Positions 46,775-55,425 of a stretch of 64,000 bases of DNA are shown piece by piece (positions within the stretch are counted from its first letter, which is position 1; every line of letters starts with the position of its first letter). The translations under genes were made by a program, and so were the position numbers. A model generated the notes under the pieces. It was not told the DNA's origin. It was given only the letters and a program-made list of their open reading frames with translations, and did no database searches. Source of the stretch: Candidatus Pacebacteria bacterium CG_4_9_14_0_2_um_filter_40_15 (GTDB lineage Bacteria; Patescibacteriota; Microgenomatia; UBA1400; PJMF01). The stretch spans positions 64,270 to 128,269 of the forward strand of contig PFRS01000007.1 in NCBI GenBank assembly GCA_002788675.1, given 5' to 3'.

Positions 46775-47659
46775 CTATTCCCAAATAAGCTCAAAATAAC
46801 TTGTACCTTCTGAATTAGGTTCAGAAAGCATCGTCCCAGAATTTGAGTTCTTTATTTCAGTTAGCGAATGCTCATATTTTTTCATCAGTAACAAATGAGT
46901 GATCAGTGCCGATGGACTATCAAGATACTCATTTGAAAATGAGCGCAGCAGTTCATAGTCATCATTTTTAATTGCTTCAATTGTGAGTGTGTCACGTTTA
47001 TCTGATTCCTCGCTGCTTAAGTAGTGAGAAAAATCAACGGAGGTGACAATAACAGTCTCCGGGGTACTAACCGATTCAAGTAATGCAGAAATTTCAGATA
47101 TAGACTGTAGAGTAAGTGTATTGCTAACAGCCAACGGTATTATTTTTGTGTCAGGAAGAAAGTACTTAAAGTAGTGTACGAGTCCTGCTACCGCATGTTC
47201 GTTTGAAAGCGCGTCGTTTTCAATTGAAACTAAATCACTTTCAGTTAGTTTGTTGATAATATCTTTATCAATATATGTAGTGCCAAAGGGTGTTTCCCAA
47301 TTTTTATTTGAGGTGATTACAGCTGTTGAACCTTGTTCATAGTGATTAGGTGTGAGTAAGAAGATACTCTCGGGATTTTGAGCTTGTATTCGGGACAGTA
47401 CATCAATGATCATCTCATTGGCAACGAGATGATGTGGAATAACTGCTCCCGTTATTTTTGGTGAATCAGCAGTAGGCTGATATTTTTTTAACCCAACACT
47501 AAAGAGCGCTTCATCCCAGGATTTTATTGGTTGGAGATCTTGATGTTCAACTTCATTTTCATTTGCAGTTTGCTTTTGTTGGACTGAGGTCAAAAAAACA
47601 GCGATTGATATACCCACTAAAAAAACTACTAGCAAAAACCAGAGATATTTACTCATCAC
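46775..47659 (-). CDS. MEMO1-family protein (AmmeMemoRadiSam system protein B-like) with an N-terminal TM anchor
   Basis: Motifs GAVIPHHL and VTSVDFSHYLS match the MEMO1 H and DxSHxG metal-site regions. The N-terminal TM is WFLLVVFLVGISIAVFL. It overlaps the A2M gene by 11 nt. Confidence 0.55.
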   Translation of the reverse strand: MMSKYLWFLLVVFLVGISIAVFLTSVQQKQTANENEVEHQDLQPIKSWDEALFSVGLKKYQPTADSPKITGAVIPHHLVANEMIIDVLSRIQAQNPESIFLLTPNHYEQGSTAVITSNKNWETPFGTTYIDKDIINKLTESDLVSIENDALSNEHAVAGLVHYFKYFLPDTKIIPLAVSNTLTLQSISEISALLESVSTPETVIVTSVDFSHYLSSEESDKRDTLTIEAIKNDDYELLRSFSNEYLDSPSALITHLLLMKKYEHSLTEIKNSNSGTMLSEPNSEGTSYFELIWE

Positions 47660-50600
47660 TTATTTGGTCAGAATCAGACTCAGACTCAGGTAGTGTTTGT
47701 TCTTTTATTGGAAGTAATCTGCCTACTATGTCTTTAATCTTCTGTCTCTTTACCACTACCACCATAGCGCCGGAAAACAGTGCAATTACGATGAATACAG
47801 CTACAACAGGGTGCAATCGTAACCACGTAGCTAGAGCTTTAAGATACTTATTCTGGGCCACATATTGTGGGCCAGTGCCAGATACTCTCTCACCTCCAAT
47901 ATATTTGGGATCACGGGTAACTGAGATTTGGTCACTGCCAGTTCGTGCATTAATGGCAGGAACATACATAAGTGCTGTTGTGGCAGGCGGTACTGAAAAC
48001 TCTCCGTTGTTAATGACTCTAGCTTGGTAGCTGAAAGTCATGGAGGATGCGTTTCTGTTTCCAGCATATCTTTCTTCTAGAGAAAAGATTATGCCATCTT
48101 TAGTGAATTCTCGTGTGATACCACCTGAGTAGAATCCAAAGTAATGTTGGCGATAGCCATCAGTCTTTTGGTTCTTAAGTGCAGAGTTCATAGGTATTAA
48201 GCCTGCAGGTAAGTGGTCCTCAACTACCAGATATTGCTGAGTTGAAGTTAATCCTGTCACAGTTAGTCGTATATCTGCAACATCACCAACTTTAAAAGCA
48301 TAGCCTGGGTGAGTTACATTCAGGTACTCTCGAGTAATTGACAAGTCATTACTTACTGCAGTCACAGTGCGATCAGTTACAAAATCCTCTACGAGCACAT
48401 CAGAGTAGAGTTGCCCTTCTCCATTTTGAGTAACAGTGATTGTGGAGCCTTCTGGCTTGATCTGAGAACTCTCAAGTGTAATTGGAGCTATGTTCAATTT
48501 TGAGGAAGTCACCTGTCCAGAAGCAATTTCTTTTCCATCTAGCGTAACTGTGTAGGAGTACGTTGGATTACTCTCTTGAAGCGTGCTAGATAGATCTGTG
48601 ATAAGTCTGATAACTTGGACAGTTCCATACGTATTTCCCCAATAAGCGTTAGTACGAGATTCAACCATGTTTCTAGCTGAAGAGAGAACTACATTTTGAT
48701 AGCCTCCTACTGTTTGGAGCGCTCGTAGTGCTAAGCCTGTAGCAGCTTCGGACGAATGGAAGCCCCACTGTTTTGAAGTGTTCCAGCTATAAATATCTCC
48801 TTGTTTTTCTGCAAGAGAGAGTAACAAGTTAAGACCATTTGTTTCTGGGTTTGAATAGCCATTTTTACTGTTAGCAAGTACTGCTAAGGCAATGTAATCT
48901 GCATCAAGTGAGTTGAGACGAGATACATCAATGAGTTCGGAAGCTTGTCGCTCATTCATAAGCGCGAGTGCATACTGTTTTGTAATAATTTCATGAATCT
49001 CAGTTGAGTCATTATTTCTAAAGAATGTTCTTGCATTAACGAGCATAATGTCATCAACAGCTATTCCATTCGACTGTGCAAGTAGAAGATATTCAAGTAC
49101 ATATGCTGAAATATACGCATCTGAATTACCACTCCACCATCCCCAGCCACCGTCATCATTTTGAAGTTTAGCGAGTCGGGTAAGTCCAGCTTCTGTCATA
49201 TCTGCAATGTCTGTATTTTTGAGCACATCACCAAACAATTCAGGATGACTGGTTGCCAAAATGATTGGTACAAATCGGCTGGTGGTTTGTTCTACACACC
49301 CGTATGGGTAGTCTAAGAGATACTCCATTGCAGCAGGAAGTGTGCCCACTATGCTTGGTGAGAGATTCAAAGAGATACTCGATTTACCTGGATTTGCATT
49401 TTCTGAGAGTGCCACAGTGTAGGTACTGGTACCAATGCCAGTTTGAGACTCTTTCTGCATAAAGCCATAGGCTTGAATTGGCAGCGGCTGCACAATGGCA
49501 TCACTGAGTTCTGCTGTTTGAGTATTATCAGCAATAAAGGTGACTTTGTTATCAAGATTTTCATTTTCCACAGTCACAGGCCAGAACACTTGAATAAAGT
49601 CTCCTGGAGCTATAGTAACTGTTTGTAATGGGTTACTGTCAAATCGTACGTTTTCACTTTTAATACTGACATCTAATGTCTGCTCAGTATCAGTAAAGTT
49701 ATGAACCAAGGCTGACAATTCGATACTGTCCCCTTCTCTAAGGATATCTGGGGTAATAGGACGAATAACAATGTCTTTACCCACAACAATATCAGCAGTT
49801 GACTGGCCAACAATGGTTGAAGTTGTGGCACCAATGCCAGTAATAACCCAAGTGGTTAAGTTATCTGGAAGAGTGAACGTGACTTGTGCTTCACCATTAC
49901 TGTCGGTGTGTACCACTGGGTTCCAATATGCAGTGTCAGCAAAGGTTGTACGGGCATCTCCTTTTTGATTGTGCACATAGATATTGTTTGCGAAATAAGT
50001 CTGATAGGTATCAATTGTAAGATTATAGACGTCGAATGATCCTGCTTGCCACTCGATACTTTCAATTGCAACTTCTTGTCCGTCTGCATCGAGTAATGTG
50101 TCTCCTACAGAGAGCGTATCAGCGGTTTTCCAGCTGTTATGTACCCAAAGTCGGTGTTCAGGTGTTACTTTAAGTGTTCCGTTAAGAATCAGATACCCAG
50201 CTACTTTTGTTTTGGTTGTGTCGATAACTTTTGCCGTGACAAGGCTAGAATCTGTTGGAAATTTTTTAGTTAAGACGGTATCGCCAACTTGAATCATTTC
50301 GATAGCTTTGGTTGAACCATTGGCCATGAGTACCGGTGTATCACCGGTAAAGCATCCACCGCCCATTTCAGCTGCGTTACTGCGAATACCTTCAAGTGAG
50401 TTGCCGTCACTAGTTGATAAATATCGTTCTTTCCAAAAATTGGTAAAGATATCACCAATGGTATCTGAAGCGAGTTCGTAGAGTGATTTATCCACTGCCC
50501 AGACAGCAAGTTCGCCAGAGATTGGATTTTGTGCATCATCTGTAGCTTTAATGTTAACGGTTACCGTGTCTCCAGGACCATATTTGGGTTTGTCTGGAGT

Positions 50601-52847
50601 TATAGATATATTCATCTTTTTACTTGAAGTTGAGACTTTTATTTGCTTTTGAGAGTTATGCAAATGAGACTCTGCAAAGCTATCAGTACTCAGATAGACG
50701 TTTGGCATGTCTGATTCTTCAATTGGCAACGTGAATTGTGCCGAGTTGCCTGTGATACTCAAGATCTGATACCTTCGGACTCTATCTCTGAGCACACTCA
50801 CAAATACATCTCGATCTGCGACAGCTGAAAAGATTTTTATGGTAGCATTTTCTCCAGGTGCATAACTCTCTTTATCAAGCTGAATGTCAAAAGATCCATT
50901 TTGTAGATCGCTGTATGGCGTATCATTATCATATACATAGGCATACATAGTTCGGATGACGGTGTTACCTCGTGTATCTTTTGTTCTCACATCAAACAGA
51001 TAACTTCCTGGTCGATGTGCTGGAAGTGTAATTGTTGCTTCTCCAGAATTATTAGTAGTTACGTTTATTTTTTCGAGTACCTCATGTTCTTTTCGGTAAT
51101 TTGATCGTCCATTTTTTTCTTCTCTGATGTATTGCGTTATGCTAGGGGTAATTTCTATAGGAATATTCCTCACAGAAACCACTGGATCATTAGGAACAAG
51201 AATGATGGGGAGATTAATGGTGCCTCCATTTGTCACTCCAGTTGAGTAATTCTTTTGGTAAATACCGAATTCAGCCTCGTGAACCAGCACATTTTTTCTG
51301 GCTTGCACAGGATTTCCTGTTTCATCGACAAAACTGACTTCTACTGAGTAGACTTTGTCTGAAGAAATATTTTCACTAATATCGTTGAGAGTCTTGCTTT
51401 GTATTTCTGCTAAACCTCTCTCATTAAGAGTTACAGAGCCAGAGTCAATCTTTTTTCCATAGGAATAACCATATCGGTAATCGTCGCTGAGTAGAGGTAA
51501 ATCTTCTGAATAGTATCCATATTGGTAGTAGTTTGAGGCGTAAATTGTGTAGGTCACCTTTTGGTTTGCAAGAGGTTGTCCGCTAAAGTATGTTCCAGTT
51601 ACGTCAAGAGAAACGGTGTCACCTGCAATGAACTCAGTTTCATTTGCATCAACATTTAAACTATATTCGGGTTTGCGATAGTTCTCGACGCTAAAACTTG
51701 CATATGAAGAGTAATCTTCTCCCATTTCAACAGTAACACGGTAGTAACCAGTTCCACTTGAAACAGGTACTTCAAAGCTACCGTCAAGAGTTCCTGTTGA
51801 AGACAAAGTGAAGTTCTTTTCATACACAACGGTATCATTCCAACCTTTGTATAAAACCACATGTGCAATGCCTGAAGCTGGCGAATACACAGCGTCGTTA
51901 TCATTACGGACAATAGATTTAAAGTTAACAGTATCACCAGGCTGATATATTGGTCTGTCAGTAAAGACGAAGAATTTTTTATCGATTGATTGAGCAGGGA
52001 AGCGGTTGTCCCAATAGCCGGTATCAACTGCAGTTAGATTAATTGGCACAAGACTGATTTCACCATCTTTTTCTACTAGTGCTACATCAGCATTTTCAGT
52101 GTAATTAAGTTCGACAGTGCCTTGTTCATTGGTGAGCTGGGAGTCAAGCTGGGTAAGTTTGTTTGTTAAATCATAGGTGGTAATTTGTACATTTGACTCA
52201 CTTCTTAAATCTGTAAAACTTTGGGTCCAAAAAACGAATTTGTTATCACCTTCCTTGACCAGTGCTCCTAGAGAGGATCTTACCAACATTGACGTAGCGA
52301 CAAGATCTCCATCATCACCCTTAACGACAACGTACCAGACGCCACTTTCTTCAAGTGGAAGAGCAATTTCAGTTCCGTTATTCGATAGATTCTCAGAAAA
52401 CTCGGTTACTTTTTCAAAAGAGGATGTGTCTATTGAAAGAGCAAGTTTTTTTCTTTCATCATCATGTAATAGGTAGCCGAGCATATCAGCTTTATTCACT
52501 TTAAATAGCGATACTGTGACACTTTTTGGTAGATTTCCATACCCATTGATTTCTAATTTTGGAGCTTGTGTAGAACTCAGGGAAAGGACACCCCCATTAC
52601 TATACCCGTAGTAACTGTTGGGAATGGTGAGCCAGAGGCTTCCATTGGATTCACCAAGAACCTTTTCTAGAGATTCATCTGCTGTTTGTTGAGATGTCAC
52701 GCTTGGTGTTGTCTGAGAAACGTTAAAAAGTGTGCGTATAAATGTTGCCTGAGAATAGGTTACTGCAAATGCAGTAATTAAAAAAGCAGCTATAAAAACA
52801 GAAGCTGTTGGGTTGCCAAATATTTTTTTTGCCAGATTTTTAAACAT
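47649..52847 (-). CDS. Alpha-2-macroglobulin family protein (1732 aa) with a CVEQ thioester, N- and C-terminal hydrophobic anchors, and an embedded Hint domain
   Basis: Thioester motif YGCVEQT (Cys codon at 49298-49296, residue 1184). A2M motif RTTFADTAYWNP...TLPDNLTTW. alpha/alpha toroid GGWGWW. The N-terminal signal/TM is VFIAAFLITAFAV and the C-terminal TM is VVAVFIVIALFSGAMVVVV. Confidence 0.8.
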   Translation of the reverse strand: MFKNLAKKIFGNPTASVFIAAFLITAFAVTYSQATFIRTLFNVSQTTPSVTSQQTADESLEKVLGESNGSLWLTIPNSYYGYSNGGVLSLSSTQAPKLEINGYGNLPKSVTVSLFKVNKADMLGYLLHDDERKKLALSIDTSSFEKVTEFSENLSNNGTEIALPLEESGVWYVVVKGDDGDLVATSMLVRSSLGALVKEGDNKFVFWTQSFTDLRSESNVQITTYDLTNKLTQLDSQLTNEQGTVELNYTENADVALVEKDGEISLVPINLTAVDTGYWDNRFPAQSIDKKFFVFTDRPIYQPGDTVNFKSIVRNDNDAVYSPASGIAHVVLYKGWNDTVVYEKNFTLSSTGTLDGSFEVPVSSGTGYYRVTVEMGEDYSSYASFSVENYRKPEYSLNVDANETEFIAGDTVSLDVTGTYFSGQPLANQKVTYTIYASNYYQYGYYSEDLPLLSDDYRYGYSYGKKIDSGSVTLNERGLAEIQSKTLNDISENISSDKVYSVEVSFVDETGNPVQARKNVLVHEAEFGIYQKNYSTGVTNGGTINLPIILVPNDPVVSVRNIPIEITPSITQYIREEKNGRSNYRKEHEVLEKINVTTNNSGEATITLPAHRPGSYLFDVRTKDTRGNTVIRTMYAYVYDNDTPYSDLQNGSFDIQLDKESYAPGENATIKIFSAVADRDVFVSVLRDRVRRYQILSITGNSAQFTLPIEESDMPNVYLSTDSFAESHLHNSQKQIKVSTSSKKMNISITPDKPKYGPGDTVTVNIKATDDAQNPISGELAVWAVDKSLYELASDTIGDIFTNFWKERYLSTSDGNSLEGIRSNAAEMGGGCFTGDTPVLMANGSTKAIEMIQVGDTVLTKKFPTDSSLVTAKVIDTTKTKVAGYLILNGTLKVTPEHRLWVHNSWKTADTLSVGDTLLDADGQEVAIESIEWQAGSFDVYNLTIDTYQTYFANNIYVHNQKGDARTTFADTAYWNPVVHTDSNGEAQVTFTLPDNLTTWVITGIGATTSTIVGQSTADIVVGKDIVIRPITPDILREGDSIELSALVHNFTDTEQTLDVSIKSENVRFDSNPLQTVTIAPGDFIQVFWPVTVENENLDNKVTFIADNTQTAELSDAIVQPLPIQAYGFMQKESQTGIGTSTYTVALSENANPGKSSISLNLSPSIVGTLPAAMEYLLDYPYGCVEQTTSRFVPIILATSHPELFGDVLKNTDIADMTEAGLTRLAKLQNDDGGWGWWSGNSDAYISAYVLEYLLLAQSNGIAVDDIMLVNARTFFRNNDSTEIHEIITKQYALALMNERQASELIDVSRLNSLDADYIALAVLANSKNGYSNPETNGLNLLLSLAEKQGDIYSWNTSKQWGFHSSEAATGLALRALQTVGGYQNVVLSSARNMVESRTNAYWGNTYGTVQVIRLITDLSSTLQESNPTYSYTVTLDGKEIASGQVTSSKLNIAPITLESSQIKPEGSTITVTQNGEGQLYSDVLVEDFVTDRTVTAVSNDLSITREYLNVTHPGYAFKVGDVADIRLTVTGLTSTQQYLVVEDHLPAGLIPMNSALKNQKTDGYRQHYFGFYSGGITREFTKDGIIFSLEERYAGNRNASSMTFSYQARVINNGEFSVPPATTALMYVPAINARTGSDQISVTRDPKYIGGERVSGTGPQYVAQNKYLKALATWLRLHPVVAVFIVIALFSGAMVVVVKRQKIKDIVGRLLPIKEQTLPESESDSDQISDE
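49968..50354 (-). other. Hint / bacterial-intein-like (BIL-type) domain inserted in the A2M protein (residues about 832-960)
   Basis: Block A is CFTGDTPVLMANG...VGDTVL. Block B is VTPEHRLWVH (TxxH). Blocks F/G are FDVYNLTIDTYQTYFANNIYVHN. The +1 residue is Gln, not Cys/Ser/Thr. Confidence 0.75.
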
Positions 52848-52891
52848 ATATTCTATAATATCATTTTTTCTATTGTGTGGTCTAATATGAA

Positions 52892-52917
52892 AAAGCTCCC
52901 CTATGCAGGAGAGCTTT
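52892..52917 (-). terminator. Weak intrinsic terminator on the minus strand between the 263-aa gene and the A2M gene
   Basis: Stem AAAGCTC...GAGCTTT with an internal CCC/GG(A)G region. On the minus strand the 3' arm runs into UUUUU. Confidence 0.35.
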
Positions 52918-52940
52918 ATAATAAAAAATGTATTTTGTAG

Positions 52941-53732
52941 TTATTCAGTAACAACTACATATGCTTCCATAAGCTCTACAGTAGCTGTGGCTGCTTTTCC
53001 ATCGGTGGTAGTTTCAAACTGTTGCCATTTTGAACCATCCCAGCCCATGATGGTGAGCGTGCCTTCTTGTTTAGCTCTTATGGTAAGTTCAGCAGAGCCA
53101 GAAAGGAGACGATTACTGGTAAGTGAGTATATTTCTGAGGCCAGTGTGCCTTCAAGTTCGCCGGGATATCCAGGTGAGTTATAAATAACTAACAGGTTTG
53201 CTGAAGCTAAATCTTTTGATTCAATCTGAAAGAACGCATCTTTTGAAGTAAAGGCTGTTTCGCCATCATTTTCAATGTACTTCCAGTCGGACTTGAGGTC
53301 AAATTCCTCACTTCCTTCAAAGAATGCTCGAAGCTCTCCACCTTTAATATCTTCATGATAGGTACACGATCCACCAGCACTGCAACTTCCCAAAAGAATT
53401 TTTTCCGTGGCAGGCACTGAAGTTAGCTCAATCTGACCAAATGCACCTTGAACGAGTGTCCCTGTTTGGTATTCAAGTTCATAATCGACAGTCGCAGCAG
53501 GTTTTTTGAGTGTATCTACAACGATACTAATATTGCGAGCGTCAACTGGAACAATCTTAACATATGGTCGCTCATCCACATCAATAACATTGTAGTTTCT
53601 AACTGTTTTTTTCTTTTTTGTTGTTTCTTCAACAACTTCGGCAGGTTTTCGAGTCGTTGAGTATACTCCAACACCTACGCCAAGTAAGACTAAGACGGCA
53701 ACAATTCCGGCAATAACTTTTTGATTCTTCAT
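52941..53732 (-). CDS. Hypothetical membrane-anchored extracytoplasmic protein (263 aa)
   Basis: N-terminal TM (VIAGIVAVLVLLGVGVGVY), Lys-rich linker. No recognisable family. Confidence 0.4.
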   Translation of the reverse strand: MKNQKVIAGIVAVLVLLGVGVGVYSTTRKPAEVVEETTKKKKTVRNYNVIDVDERPYVKIVPVDARNISIVVDTLKKPAATVDYELEYQTGTLVQGAFGQIELTSVPATEKILLGSCSAGGSCTYHEDIKGGELRAFFEGSEEFDLKSDWKYIENDGETAFTSKDAFFQIESKDLASANLLVIYNSPGYPGELEGTLASEIYSLTSNRLLSGSAELTIRAKQEGTLTIMGWDGSKWQQFETTTDGKAATATVELMEAYVVVTE

Positions 53733-53775
53733 AGATATCTTTCTGAGTTTGTACTAATCCTTGGTGAGGACTTCT

Positions 53776-55182
53776 CTACTCTAGCATAGAAGCCAAGTGG
53801 GCATCAAGATTGGATATTGGAATACGAACTTGATCAGTGGTATCCCTGTCTCGGACAGTCACTGAGTCGTCTTCGAGCGAATCGAAGTCGATAGTGATAC
53901 AGGCTGGTGTTCCAATTTCGTCTTGATAGAGATAGCGTTTACCAATATTGCCACGTTCATCCCAGGTTATAGCAAACTTAGCTGAGAGTTGGCTGTACAC
54001 TTCCTTGGCTTTTGCTACCAGTTCTGGCTTATTTTTAAGCAGAGGAAAGACAGCAGCTTTGTAAGGTGCGAGTGAAGGCTTAAGCTTAAGTATCGTGCGG
54101 TTTTTTTCAGTGTCTTCCTCGTACGCATCGGTAAGTACCATTAAGAAGGCACGATTAATACCCAATGCTGGTTCTATAACATGAGGTACAAACACTTCAT
54201 TTGTCTGTGGATCTCGATACTCAAGTGCCTGACCTGAGTGCTTGGTATGTTGCTTTAAGTCGTAATCAGTACGGTAGGCAACTCCCCAGAGTTCTTTCCA
54301 GCCGAAGCTAAAGTTGTAGTCGAGGTCGTAGGTGTCTTTACTATAAAAACTGCGTTCTGCATCAGAGTGTTGTCTCCAGCGAAGGTTTTCTTCTTTTACG
54401 CCAAGAACACCGGTAACAAATGAGTGCATGTCACTTTTCCATTCTTCAAGAAGTTCTTCCCACTTGGTTTGATTTGGATTAAAGAAGTACTCGATTTCTG
54501 CTTGCTCAAATTCCAAGGTTCTAAACACAAATTGGCCAGTAGTGATTTCATTTCTAAAACTCTTACCCATCTGACCAACACCAAAAGGGAGTTGGACTCG
54601 GGTAGAGTCTAAAATGTTGCGGAAGTTAGTGAAGATTCCTTGTGCGGTTTCTCCGCGCACATAGATTTTGGCTTTGTCGTCTGCGACTGTTCCAATTGCT
54701 GTTTCAAATAAGAGGTTGAAGGCTTTTGGCTGGGTGACAGCATTGCCATCTGGACTAAGGATCTTGTTTTCAGTAATGAACGCTCCCATTTCTTCTACAG
54801 AGAGATCTTCAACGACCATATCTTCAAATTGTGTCTTACCTTTTTTGATTTGTCGCTCAATCCACGCTTCAATCAGGTGATCTGCTCTGAAACGCTTTTT
54901 TGTGACAACATCGTCAACCAGAGGATCACTAAATGAACCTACATGGCCAGAAGCCACCCAAGTCTCAGGATGTAAGAGAATTTGTGAATCAAGACCGACC
55001 ATGTCAGCACGGCGAGAAATAAAGGTTTCCCACCAAGCATTTTTAATGTTGCGGAGCAACTCTGATCCAAGAGGACCGTAATCGTATGAATTGGCAAGGC
55101 CACCATAAATGTTTGAAGTTGGATACACGAAGCCTCTGCGTTTGGCAAGAGCTACGATAGTATCGAGTGATGGTTGGTTTGG
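53776..55182 (-). CDS. glyS: Glycyl-tRNA synthetase (dimeric class II GlyQS type)
   Basis: LAKRRGFVYPTSNIYGGLANSYDYGPLG N-terminal signature. Start chosen at MPNQPS with an AAAGGG RBS. The ORF track extends to 55227. Confidence 0.85.
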   Translation of the reverse strand, partial: PNQPSLDTIVALAKRRGFVYPTSNIYGGLANSYDYGPLGSELLRNIKNAWWETFISRRADMVGLDSQILLHPETWVASGHVGSFSDPLVDDVVTKKRFRADHLIEAWIERQIKKGKTQFEDMVVEDLSVEEMGAFITENKILSPDGNAVTQPKAFNLLFETAIGTVADDKAKIYVRGETAQGIFTNFRNILDSTRVQLPFGVGQMGKSFRNEITTGQFVFRTLEFEQAEIEYFFNPNQTKWEELLEEWKSDMHSFVTGVLGVKEENLRWRQHSDAERSFYSKDTYDLDYNFSFGWKELWGVAYRTDYDLKQHTKHSGQALEYRDPQTNEVFVPHVIEPALGINRAFLMVLTDAYEEDTEKNRTILKLKPSLAPYKAAVFPLLKNKPELVAKAKEVYSQLSAKFAITWDERGNIGKRYLYQDEIGTPACITIDFDSLEDDSVTVRDRDTTDQVRIPISNLDAHLASMLE

Positions 55183-55189
55183 CATGGTA

Positions 55190-55425
55190 CCCTTTCTGGT
55201 TAGCCTTGGGCTATAAAAAAACCCCACTGTATATAAGCATACATGTAGGGACCCGTGTTGGGCGGTTCCACCCTAATTCCACACCAAATGTGTGACACTT
55301 ACGTTTAGTTCTTTTGTTACTTCCAGATGTATAAAACTACCTGGTCGCTTGCCAAGGGCGAAACTCTTGAACATAGATTTATTATAGCACAATCATATTA
55401 AACCTGCGCACGTTTTTGATTCCAA
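55190..55425 (-). promoter_or_regulatory. T-box riboswitch leader (Gly, candidate GGC specifier) with terminator and extended -10 promoter upstream of glyS
   Basis: The minus strand carries the canonical T-box sequence AAUUAGGGUGGAACCGCC (plus coordinates 55261-55278), followed by hairpin CCCUAC...GUGGGG and U7 (55214-55250). Upstream is GGCA in a loop-like context (GGC at 55353-55351) and a TGcTATAAT extended -10. Confidence 0.6.

Noticed and set aside
49968-50354. Canonical self-splicing intein inside the A2M gene
   Set aside because: The Hint blocks are present, but the residue following the terminal Asn is Gln rather than Cys/Ser/Thr, so standard splicing chemistry is not possible. I interpret it as a BIL-type autocleaving Hint domain.
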